Below are positions 20,787 to 29,823 of a DNA stretch of 64,000 nucleotides, piece after piece. The translations under genes and the position numbers were made by a program. The notes under the pieces were generated by a model. It made no database searches, was not told the DNA's origin, and worked only from the letters and a program-made list of their open reading frames with translations. This stretch comes from a bacterium (GTDB lineage: Bacteria > SAR324 > NAC60-12), in the NCBI GenBank assembly GCA_965209155.1, contig OZ242383.1:192001-256000 (forward strand), read 5' to 3'. Within the stretch, counting starts at the first letter, position 1. The number at the start of each line of letters is the position of its first letter.

Positions 20787-20880
20787 ACCCACCCCGTCCG
20801 CTCCGCGTCCACCCCTCCCAAGAGGGGATATGAAATTTTGCCTAGAAAGTCCCCTCCTTGGAGGGGATTTAGGGGTGGGT
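20787..20880. repeat. Palindromic intergenic repeat
   Basis: acccacccc...ggggtgggt enclosing cccctcccaagagggg and cccctccttggagggg hairpins. Confidence 0.75.
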
Positions 20881-20956
20881 AAAAAAAAGGGAACTTCTCG
20901 AATCTACGAATTCTTTATTAATTTGAATAGGTATCCACCATGAAAGGAGAACAACC

Positions 20957-21835
20957 ATGAGCGATTTTGAATATATCAAGACGGACCACGTCGGTACCGA
21001 TGGACGCGTCGGCCGTATCACCCTCAACCGACCGGAGAAAATGAACGCGCTCTCCGAGGAGTTGCTGTATGAACTGAACGAGGCGCTCCACGACATGGAG
21101 GCCGACAGCGACGTACGCGTGATAATCGTGCGCGGCGAAGGCAGAACCTTCAGTGCAGGTTACGATCTCACGCCGTCGCGCGGGGGTGCGGACGCGGTCG
21201 TCCGCAGTCACAAGCAGCGAGACGCGAAAGATCGCCGGCTCCTGATGGGTCTCAGGACCGGCATGCAGCAGATCACCGATATCCACATGTATTTCTGGAA
21301 TATGGCGAAGGTTACCATTGCGCAGGTGCACGGCTATGCGATTGCCGGCGGCTGCGAACTGGCGATGATGGCCGATCTTGTCGTTGCCGCCGAGGACGCA
21401 CAACTCGGACACCCGGGAGTGCGCCTCGGTACCTCCCGAACCGGGGTTATCTGGCCACTCGTCATCGGCATGCGCAAGGCGAAGGAGTTGTATTACACGG
21501 GAGATAACGTCACCGGCAAGGAAGCGGAGGAGATCGGCATGATCAACTACGCTTGGCCGCTTGAGGAACTGGACGAGAGAACCCTCGCGTTCGCCGACCG
21601 GCTCGCGATCATGTCCGCCGACCATCTCGCGATCCTCAAGGTCAACATGAATCGCTTCTACGAGAACATGGGAATCTACTCGTCCGTGCGCAGCAGTACC
21701 GACCTCGACGCGATGGGACAGTGCACCGAGCGCACCTACCAGTACCAGGACATGATGCGCGAGCATGGGCTCAAGGACGCGCTGGCCTGGCGCGACGGAC
21801 CGTTCAAAGGTAGTGATACCTACAAGAAGAAGTAG
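20957..21835 (+). CDS. Enoyl-CoA hydratase/isomerase family protein
   Basis: ITLNRPEKMNAL, FSAGYDL, IAQVHGYAIAGGCEL. Confidence 0.92.
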   Translation: MSDFEYIKTDHVGTDGRVGRITLNRPEKMNALSEELLYELNEALHDMEADSDVRVIIVRGEGRTFSAGYDLTPSRGGADAVVRSHKQRDAKDRRLLMGLRTGMQQITDIHMYFWNMAKVTIAQVHGYAIAGGCELAMMADLVVAAEDAQLGHPGVRLGTSRTGVIWPLVIGMRKAKELYYTGDNVTGKEAEEIGMINYAWPLEELDERTLAFADRLAIMSADHLAILKVNMNRFYENMGIYSSVRSSTDLDAMGQCTERTYQYQDMMREHGLKDALAWRDGPFKGSDTYKKK

Positions 21836-21845
21836 CTCGGAAAGG

Positions 21846-22779
21846 GTAGAGTAGCAGACAGGCATCGCACATTTAGACATGGCTTATCCGTTTCCGTCCC
21901 TTTCGTCTGACGGTGCCTAAATATCCAAATCGTGTGTGTTCCTCCAGTCCGCTCTCATCAAACCGTGCATACGGTTTTCCCGTACACGGCTTTCCGATGT
22001 TCTTCATGTCAAAGCATGCGCCTTCTTCCAAGGAGCTGAAGTCGGGAGTTTGTTCTTCCAGCCCAGCGAGAAATTCGCTCACCCCTTCTCCACTTTCTAT
22101 TGCGCTGAAACTCACCCTGTCAGTTCCGGGGGAGCCTTGATTGGCGCGGACAAGATGATAGGCATGGAGGAGAATGTCCGGCCGATACATCTTGTCATAG
22201 AGCGCGTAGAAGCGGAACTTGGAATCTTGCTTGGCTTTCTCATAGAGCTTCCTCTGCAACTGCCTAATCTTCTCTGGAGTTGTTAGCTTCATGGCAATCT
22301 CCTGATTCTTCGTGCGTTGGTTGCATGAACAAAGTAGGGGGCCTTTCCTCAGGATGAGTTCTGTTGTCTCACTCCCTCAAGCGGTATTATACCCCCCTCC
22401 GACTCCCCATGAGAGCGATGATGATTTCGTTGCCTTATACCTCACCGTTGAGTTTCTCAAGCTCATCTCATCGGGTCTCCGGCACTGCACTCACTCTTCT
22501 TCCACAGCGTGCCATCCCTGCTACCCCGGAAAACTCTCACGATGAACTCCGTTGTCTAGTTCGTGAGATAACAGCTTTCTCCATATGACCAGAGGATCAG
22601 CGTTTTCGAGTTATTTTCGAGGCTACCTATAGGTTCACTTTCGTTACGGCCCGTTGTTTTGCCTAAGGGAACTTACAACCCGGAATTACTCCCACGCTGC
22701 TCCCCTCGGCTACAAAGTCGTACGGATAATTACTTTGGTGGGACTTTAACCCACTAGAAGAGCGGTCGTTACCGCATAC
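21846..22779 (-). mobile_element. Group II intron with internally deleted RT/maturase ORF
   Basis: Domain V gaaagccgtgtacgggaaaaccgtatgcacggtttg; DVI ending ctactctAC at 21846; 5' end GTATGCGGTAACG...gtgggttaaagtcccac at ~22779. Confidence 0.85.
22006..22292 (-). pseudogene. Remnant of group II intron reverse transcriptase
   Basis: N-terminus IRQLQRKLYEKAK...FRFYALYDK...GSPGTD joined at ~22048 to a likely C-terminal tail PTSAPWKKAHALT* in another frame; no YADD. Confidence 0.85.
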
Positions 22780-22820
22780 GGTCAAGTATTAATTTGTCTT
22801 TTATTTTCTCGATTGAAATG

Positions 22821-23102
22821 AAGGAGCGGGTCGTGATCATTCGGCACACCATCAAAAATGCCCTCATTCCGGTGCTCACCCTGATCGGTCTGCAGTTGCC
22901 GATCCTGGTCGGAGGCGCGGTGATCATGGAGAACATCTTCAACCTGCCTGGGCTCGGTCGTCTCCTGGTGAATGCCCTCAATGACCGAGACTACCCGGTG
23001 GTCTCCGGAGTCAACCTCTTTTTCGCCACCGGGGTGGTGCTGCTCAATCTCCTCATCGACCTGATTTATCCCTATCTGGACCCGAGAGTGCGGTATGAAT
23101 AG
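22821..23102 (+). pseudogene. 3' fragment of OppB-type permease
   Basis: KERVVIIRHTIKN...LDPRVRYE; near-identical to 4814-5093. Confidence 0.9.
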
Positions 23103-23225
23103 TCGTTATGCTTCCAGTAATTACAGTTTGAGATTCGTCTGTCAGAAGAAGTCCCTCCGGGACTGTATTATATAGACTTCTAGAAATTCATACTTCAGCA
23201 CTTCCGGGATTCTCAAGGAGACCCT

Positions 23226-23815
23226 ATGAGTGCACCCATATATACCCCTTTGTAGTTCAAGACACCGCACTTGCTGCCGACCTCGATACCGTGGGCGGCA
23301 AGGGGTTGTAGTGAGCACGAATGATGGCCGCCGAATTTCCAATCCCCGCAGGCTTTACGGTCACGACAGCCGCATACCGGCAGTTCGTTTCTGACAACGA
23401 CCTTCAGCAGGCTATCATCGATCAGGCAAAACCGGAACTCGTGGGCACAGCGGTGTCTTTCGATTCCGCCTCGCAACAAATCCAGGCGTTGTTTGCCAAA
23501 AACGATCTGGGTGATGCACTGAAGGTGCAAATCGCGGAGGCCTATGCCGCCATGGGCGACGGCGAACCACCGGTTGACGTGCGTTCCTCGGCCTATGCGG
23601 AAGACCTGCCGGATCTGTCGTTCGCCGGGCAGCAGGACACCTATCTCAACATACGCGGTAGCGATTCGGTGTTCGAGGCGGTACGCGACTGTTGGGCATC
23701 GTTGTGGACCGCACGGGCCCTCAGTTACCGGCATGAACATGCCATCGCCCAGGAGGCGGTTGCCATGGCGGTGGTGGTGCAGGAGATGGTGCCCTCCGAA
23801 GTTTCCGGCATCCTC
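23226..23815 (+). pseudogene. Second PEP synthase/PPDK N-terminal fragment
   Basis: Near-identical to 2801-3389; frameshift near start; in-frame TAG TGA after GGKGL; truncated at SGIL. Confidence 0.88.
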
Positions 23816-23839
23816 GTAGAAAGGCGAAAACAGAATACG

Positions 23840-24751
23840 CTAATCCTTTTCATTTTTTTGGGGGGCAATGGCTCGACTTTGTTTTTGCTCCTTTTCCAGA
23901 TACTTCTGAATCTCTTCCAGAGAAAACCGTTTGAGGATCTCATCGGTTGAAAACCGTTTGAGGATCTCATCGGTCGAAAGCCGTTTGAGGATCTCATCGG
24001 TCGAAAGCCGTTTGAGGATCTCATCGGTTGAAAGCCCTTTCAGGCGATCATCGGTTGACAGTACGCCTAAATGATCACGCACATAATCTTTTTGAAAATC
24101 TTCCATCGTGTAGGTCATTTCTAATCCTTCCAAGTGATAATTCTCAAAGAGTTGATTCAATATGGTGCTGATTTCCCGGGTATGCCCACGGTATTGACGC
24201 GAGGCAAACTCCACTTCTCCGGGAATCCCACTGAATAAATGCCAAATCGCATTATGTTCCGCATGAGCGATCTCACTCAGTACAATCATCCGAATGAGAT
24301 CACTCCCCCGCTGAATCTCATAGACGCCCTCTTGGATCGCCTGGAACTCCACCTGGGAAGCGAGTTTCTGCGGATAGCGGGAACTCACGCCAAAGAGTTG
24401 AAATTCCTCTTCCGGTAACAGGTTTTGAAATGAGGGACTGATCTGTTTGCGATAATTCACATAATGCCCGGTCAATTCTTTCAGGGCCCAATCGTCAAAG
24501 GGTTCTCTCAATGATTTGTAGCTTAGCAAATTATAATGCCTCAGATTGTCCAAGCCATCCGGTAAGAGTTCAATCGGATTGCCTGTTTCTTTCCTCAAAA
24601 TGACGACATCCAGCAGCTGTCTTTTGAGAGACAGATCCTTTTCCAACTCTACAACCCAGGTGGAATCGGTAAAAAAATCGGTAAGCGCCAAGCCAAAGAG
24701 GCGATGCCAGTTGATCATTTTCCTTATCATTGGCTGCATGACAAAATACAT
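23840..24751 (-). CDS. Putative PD-(D/E)XK / Rpn-like protein with repetitive C-terminus
   Basis: EKDLSLKRQLLDVVIL..NLLSYKS; C-terminal LSTDEILKR repeats; start may be a few codons downstream. Confidence 0.65.
   Translation of the reverse strand: MYFVMQPMIRKMINWHRLFGLALTDFFTDSTWVVELEKDLSLKRQLLDVVILRKETGNPIELLPDGLDNLRHYNLLSYKSLREPFDDWALKELTGHYVNYRKQISPSFQNLLPEEEFQLFGVSSRYPQKLASQVEFQAIQEGVYEIQRGSDLIRMIVLSEIAHAEHNAIWHLFSGIPGEVEFASRQYRGHTREISTILNQLFENYHLEGLEMTYTMEDFQKDYVRDHLGVLSTDDRLKGLSTDEILKRLSTDEILKRLSTDEILKRFSTDEILKRFSLEEIQKYLEKEQKQSRAIAPQKNEKD
23922..24057. repeat. 27-bp in-frame tandem repeat x4 plus one degenerate copy
   Basis: gaaaRccgtttgaggatctcatcggtY. Confidence 0.93.
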
Positions 24752-25250
24752 TGGATTGTCATTCTACTATGCCAACCTATAGAAAAACGAACAAGTGCGA
24801 ATTGTTTTTGAAAAGGAAATTCTTTCTTTCTATAACTATTCAGGTCTCTTCCGAGAACCCATCGATTTAAGCACAGGTTTTGCGTGGCATAGAGTCCGGA
24901 AAGGACTTTATGCTCTCGAATGTTCAAAAATATATTGATTCCCTGATACCTGTTGTTTTTCTGTAGGCGGGATCTTCGCTCGTGCCTGGATCAACAGCGA
25001 TTTAAAGGCAGAAATATTGGGAAAGTAATGAGCCCATCGGGGAATGGAGCAATCTCATTCCCCGATTATGAAATGAAGTCGAAATAATCCCTAAATTTTC
25101 GGCGACGCTCTCAGGGATTTGCTCGACCCCCGGTTGCGGGGCGCTGCAGGGTCCTATAGCGGGTCTCAGGCGAGGTCTCGCCTAAAGAGAGCTTCAAGAT
25201 TTTTGGAACAAACAAAGTTGAGAGAATACTAGAAAGAATAGGAGAAACCT

Positions 25251-25349
25251 ATGAAGATTATAGTCACCGGCGGGACGGGTCGCATTGGGGCCAATTTGAT
25301 CAAACAACTGTTGGCCAAAGGACATGAAATTCGTAAGAGACACCCATGA
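25251..25349 (+). pseudogene. N-terminal stub of NAD-dependent epimerase/dehydratase
   Basis: aggaga RBS; MKIIVTGGTGRIGANLIKQLLAKGHEIR then stop. Confidence 0.7.
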
Positions 25350-25505
25350 AGACCTGGAGCGGGGAGAAGCTTTGCGAAATGTAGTTTTTTTTAGATTGCT
25401 CCTCAGAATGGTTAGCGTATCCCGGATAAATAATCTTTTAATCACATTTTATATTTGTTATCTTATTCCTTGATTTTTCTCTATTTTCGTATGTGAGGTA
25501 GTAAC

Positions 25506-25680
25506 ATGAGTGACATGTTTGATCTCACCGGAAAGGTGGCCATCGTTACCAGCGGGGACGGCTGTGTTTCTCGCCTCCCCGGCTTCTGACTTCGTTTCGG
25601 GAACGTTCATCAACATTGACGGGGGTCTGAAGGCCGGCGACAAGGGGTGGCCAAAACCAGACCAACCGGCTGGGGAATGA
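25506..25680 (+). pseudogene. SDR oxidoreductase with central deletion
   Basis: MSDMFDLTGKVAIVTSG joined out of frame to TAVFLASPASDFVSGTFINIDGG. Confidence 0.78.
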
Positions 25681-25881
25681 CTTCAGAAGGTGAGGTAACG
25701 GCAAGCTCATCAGTACCTACCCACCGAGGAGTGAGGGAGCTGAAAGAAACTCCGATTTTGATGCAAATTTGAATGTTTGGTCGAACGGGACTTTCACATA
25801 CTGGGCGTTTCGTTCCCGACCACCTTTCAGGGTGAACAAGATCAGGTGACGGGCAACTTTTGAGAATAGAAAGGAAAGAGT

Positions 25882-26772
25882 ATGAGTATTCAGATTGGCG
25901 CGTTTTTTCCGACCAATGACCTGCCGGCCGACCACGTCGCGATCCGCGATTGGGCCCAGGCGGCAGAGGCGATCGGCTTCGATTTTGTTGTGGTCTCGGA
26001 CCACGTCCTCGGGGCTGACTGGTCAGCGCTATCCAACTTTGATGAATCTTTGGTTAAAGCAAATGGTAGTTACGATGTGGATGACTCGTTCCATGAAATC
26101 TTTGTGACCATGGCGTACATTGCGGCGGTGACCGAGCGGGTCGGCCTCGCCAGCGGGATCTTGATTCTACCGCAACGGCAAACCGCCCTGGTTGCCAAAC
26201 AAGCGGCCCAGCTCGATATCGTCTCCGGCGGCCGGTTGCGCCTGGGAATTGGGGTGGGGTGGAACCCCGTCGAATATGAGGCGCTGAGTCAGGACTGGCG
26301 CGCGCGGGGGCGTCGCCAGGCGGAGCAGATCGAACTGATGAACCAGCTCTGGACCAACCGCACGGTCACGTTTGAGGGCGAGTTCGATCGGGTGCGCCAC
26401 GCGGGGATCAAGCCCCTACCGATTCAACAGCCGATTCCGATTTGGTTTGGCGGTGAAGCGGAGCCGGTATTGAGACGCGCTGCGAAATACGGCCAGGGAT
26501 GGCTTCCACGGTTTCGGCCGGACGAGCAGCTGGAAGGTCCCCTGGAACGCCTACATACCTATCTACAGGCCGAGGGGCGGGAGCCAAGCACATTTGGTCT
26601 CGATGGCTGGGTGCGCAGTAACATAGGTGGACCAGACCAATGGCAGACGGAGGCCGAGCGCTGGGTGAGTGTTGGAGCCACTCATGTAACGTTTTACACC
26701 TCGAAGCTAGGCATTGGCGCGGTAGAGCAACAAATTGAGGCCATGAACCAATTCTACGATGCCGTGCGATGA
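25882..26772 (+). CDS. Luciferase-like monooxygenase (LLM) class oxidoreductase, probably F420-dependent subfamily
   Basis: AQAAEAIGFD..SDHV; LPQRQTALVAKQAAQLD..SGGRLRLGIGVGW; PIWFGG. Confidence 0.88.
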   Translation: MSIQIGAFFPTNDLPADHVAIRDWAQAAEAIGFDFVVVSDHVLGADWSALSNFDESLVKANGSYDVDDSFHEIFVTMAYIAAVTERVGLASGILILPQRQTALVAKQAAQLDIVSGGRLRLGIGVGWNPVEYEALSQDWRARGRRQAEQIELMNQLWTNRTVTFEGEFDRVRHAGIKPLPIQQPIPIWFGGEAEPVLRRAAKYGQGWLPRFRPDEQLEGPLERLHTYLQAEGREPSTFGLDGWVRSNIGGPDQWQTEAERWVSVGATHVTFYTSKLGIGAVEQQIEAMNQFYDAVR

Positions 26773-26987
26773 GAACCGAGTTTATCTTTTACGCTTACCA
26801 ACCGCCCATGTTCAGGCCCTTCGAGAACTATCCGATGTCGTTGCTTGCTGAGGTGTATGAGGAAGCCTCCCAAAAGCTTCTCGATCTCCTGGGCTTCAAG
26901 GTCTGGTTCGGCATTGGCCACCGGGGCGACCACAATGCGAAGCGCATCTCGCGCGACAGACCGATCATCGGGGAGCTGAAACCGTGA
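26769..26987 (+). pseudogene. Short ORF coupled to the LLM gene, probably a gene remnant
   Basis: ATGA overlap; 72 aa; no recognisable complete domain. Confidence 0.35.
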
Positions 26988-27001
26988 GCGAGGCCTGGGC
27001 A

Positions 27002-27268
27002 TGAGAACTCATGGAACATAATATCACGGTGAACAGTGTTTCCCCTTTCGCCACTACTCCTGGAGGGGATCTTTTTGTGAAGCACATACAAAAAGGTGAG
27101 TCAAATGCTTTTAAAAAGCTTCCTCCCAGCACTCCTAAATTGTATAGAAAAACGGGCAAAGGGACACCTGAGGAAATGGCTGCGGCTGTGGCTTTCTTTG
27201 CCTCGGACGAAGCCAGCTATATTACCGGCCAGACCATCAGTGTGAATGGGGGGAGGTTTATGTTTTGA
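27002..27268 (+). pseudogene. C-terminal fragment of SDR oxidoreductase
   Basis: ELMEHNITVNSVSP...GTPEEMAAAVAFFASDEASYITGQTISVNGG; no Rossmann N-terminus. Confidence 0.8.
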
Positions 27269-27311
27269 GAAGGAGAGCTTTAGTTATTTTAATTTGCAGA
27301 GGGTAGTCCGC

Positions 27312-27935
27312 TCAATTTTCTTCATCGTCAAAGCGGTTGGGTCCTTCGGTTCCTTCGAATAAAAGTTGAAGAAAAAAGATAAATATATTGACGATTGGAA
27401 TCAAGTAAAGAAGGGTGAGCCATCCCGATTTTCCCATGTCATGAAAGCGTTTGATCGAAAGAACAATCAGAGCATAAAAAACCACCAAACTGAGAATTCC
27501 AAGAGGTCGGAATCCTAAAGAAGAAATGGAGGCCAGAATTCCTTGAACAAATGTGGTTGTGATGAGAGACAACGCAAATACACTTCTTCCAATCCGGCCC
27601 CTGGGGGAAAAGAACAAGGTTGTTAAGCGGTCAAAGAGACTGGGTTCAACGTTTTTACTTTGTTGCCCGGCAAGAGAGTTTGACTCTTCTTGCTCTACCT
27701 CCAAAATAATGCTTTGAATTTCCGCTTTTGAAAGTTTGTAAGTTTCTCGAATGGCCTCAATTTTATCTTGCCATTCCAAATTGCGTGTTCTCATATTTTC
27801 ATGTTCTTCCGCTTTCTGCCGGATGCGCTCGAGATAGGCTTCCTCCATTTGCTCTTGAAATTGCGACCTCTCTTCACGTTGTTTTTCATATTCTTCCGCT
27901 TTTTGGCGGATTCGTTCCAGAAAGGGAGTCTCCAT
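27312..27935 (-). CDS. DUF805-domain membrane protein with charged N-terminal extension
   Basis: FFSPRGRIGRS, IKRFHDMGKSGW, GTEGPNRF. Confidence 0.85.
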   Translation of the reverse strand: METPFLERIRQKAEEYEKQREERSQFQEQMEEAYLERIRQKAEEHENMRTRNLEWQDKIEAIRETYKLSKAEIQSIILEVEQEESNSLAGQQSKNVEPSLFDRLTTLFFSPRGRIGRSVFALSLITTTFVQGILASISSLGFRPLGILSLVVFYALIVLSIKRFHDMGKSGWLTLLYLIPIVNIFIFFLQLLFEGTEGPNRFDDEEN

Positions 27936-28173
27936 GAGATCTTTTCTATAACCGGATTTACTGTTATTGTGGATATCGATTGGATACTATATTTTAATGA
28001 TTAAAGATGATCAAGGGAAGTAGAAGTAGTGGATTATTCTTCACCGTCCTACCATGCTATTTTCATTTTTAATACTTTGTAATATTTCATATTGGAAAAA
28101 GACCAATAAATGATATTTTTTTTGCGAAGAGATTTTCACAATCGAACCCAATAATCAGTGATAGAGGTGTAAT

Positions 28174-29124
28174 ATGTTTATACAAATAAATAAAAACTGG
28201 GAACTGCCGGAATCCACAGTCACCCCTGAATCCATTTTCCTTAATCGTCGAACTGTATTGAAAGCAGCCGGATTTTCCCTGGCTGCCGGAATGTTGCCCC
28301 CGACTTTTGCGCTGGGTGCGACGGCTGGCTTTCCATCTGAGCCGAATCCCAACTACCAACCAGATCTTACATTGACCAAAGAAGATTTAGTAACGGGATA
28401 CAATAATTTTTACGAATTTTCTTTTAATAAGGAGGATGTGGCCCAGAAAGCCAAGAATTTCGTATCAGAGCCCTGGACCCTGGAAATCAGTGGAATGGTA
28501 AACAGTCCCAAAACTTATGATGTCAATGAATTGGTCGAGAAAATTGGAATCGAACAACGAATTTATCGATTCCGTTGCGTGGAAGCCTGGAGCATGGTCG
28601 TGCCTTGGGATGGGTTCCCTCTTCATAAATTAGTGGAGATGGCGCAACCGACCTCAAAGGCCAAGTTTCTCAAATTCGTTTCGTTTCACGATCCGGACAT
28701 GGCGCCTGGTCAAGTGAGGGCCCCCCATTATCCGTGGCCTTATACGGAAGGACTGACCATTGGGGAAGCCACTAATGAACTGACTCTCATGGTAACCGGT
28801 GTTTATGGCAAACCGGTTCCCAGTCAAAATGGCGCTCCCATACGTCTCATCGTTCCTTGGAAATATGGTTTCAAAAGTATCAAATCGATCACTAAAATCG
28901 AATTTACCGATCAAATGCCGTTGAACCTGTGGAATGAATTGGCCCCGAGAGAATATGGATTTTATGCCAATGTCAACCCGGAGGTGGATCATCCACGATG
29001 GTCACAGAAGACGGAACGTGTCGTGGGCAGCTGGTTCAAACGGCAAGATACGCTCAAATTCAACGGTTACGAGGAGCAAGTGGCGCACCTATACGAAGGA
29101 CTGGATTTGACAAAGTGGTTCTGA
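28174..29124 (+). CDS. msrP: Protein-methionine-sulfoxide reductase catalytic subunit
   Basis: Tat motif NRRTVLK; YNNFYEF; RFRCVEAWS; QNGAPIRLIVPWKYGFKS; NVNPEVDHPRWSQ. Confidence 0.96.
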   Translation: MFIQINKNWELPESTVTPESIFLNRRTVLKAAGFSLAAGMLPPTFALGATAGFPSEPNPNYQPDLTLTKEDLVTGYNNFYEFSFNKEDVAQKAKNFVSEPWTLEISGMVNSPKTYDVNELVEKIGIEQRIYRFRCVEAWSMVVPWDGFPLHKLVEMAQPTSKAKFLKFVSFHDPDMAPGQVRAPHYPWPYTEGLTIGEATNELTLMVTGVYGKPVPSQNGAPIRLIVPWKYGFKSIKSITKIEFTDQMPLNLWNELAPREYGFYANVNPEVDHPRWSQKTERVVGSWFKRQDTLKFNGYEEQVAHLYEGLDLTKWF

Positions 29125-29127
29125 ATT

Positions 29128-29745
29128 ATGAAATTTCTTGAAATTTTGCTCAGGTCTCCCTGGTTCATCCTGCTCCTGCTGGTCTTACCGGGTGTACTAA
29201 CAATTGTCCAAGGTCTGCAAGGGGGGTTCTTTGCCAATCCAGTGGAATTCGTGCAATTGGAAACTGGTGATACGACCCTCCTTATTTTATTGGTAACTTT
29301 ATGGATTTCTCCCCTGAGGGCGATCTTTCCAAAATCCAGGTTGCTGAAGCTCATCGTACGGCACCGGCGAATGATGGGGGTCAGTTGTTTTGTTTATGCG
29401 CTATTGCACCTCACGATCTACCTCTTGGATTATACGACGCTAGCAGTAATGCTTGAAAACTTCACACGTCCCTTTATCATCAGCGGCGCTTTGGCATTCA
29501 TCATTCTATTGGCAATGGCTATCACCAGTACGAACTGGGCAGTCAAAAAAATGGGATTTAAAAATTGGAAAAACCTTCATCGTTTGGTTTACCTGGCTGT
29601 TTTTCTTGTTTTTCTCCATTTGTTTCTCAAAGAAAAAAGCAACGTCCTGGTAACTTTTCTCTACTTTATTCCACTTCTTCTTGCCGAATGCTACCGGCTG
29701 TATGTTTACAGACTGGCGAATCAACGTAAAATACGTGTTCAATGA
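29128..29745 (+). CDS. msrQ: Heme-binding membrane subunit of MsrPQ
   Basis: RRMMGV..YALLH; LAITS; WKNLHRLVY; adjacent to msrP. Confidence 0.92.
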   Translation: MKFLEILLRSPWFILLLLVLPGVLTIVQGLQGGFFANPVEFVQLETGDTTLLILLVTLWISPLRAIFPKSRLLKLIVRHRRMMGVSCFVYALLHLTIYLLDYTTLAVMLENFTRPFIISGALAFIILLAMAITSTNWAVKKMGFKNWKNLHRLVYLAVFLVFLHLFLKEKSNVLVTFLYFIPLLLAECYRLYVYRLANQRKIRVQ

Positions 29746-29823
29746 GAAAGAAGAGAAGACAAAAGATTTTTTGAATTCAGTTTGCAATAACCAGCGCACT
29801 TCAAGGAATGCTTTAAACCAGGA

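Noticed and set aside
20918..21880. Long antisense ORFs (e.g. 20918-21880, 2886-3593, 10767-11423)
   Set aside because: Shadows of well-supported genes on the opposite strand
21873..22292. RT fragment as a DGR or retron
   Set aside because: Flanked by group II DV/DVI; catalytic domains absent; no adenine-specific TR/VR pair seen among the repeats
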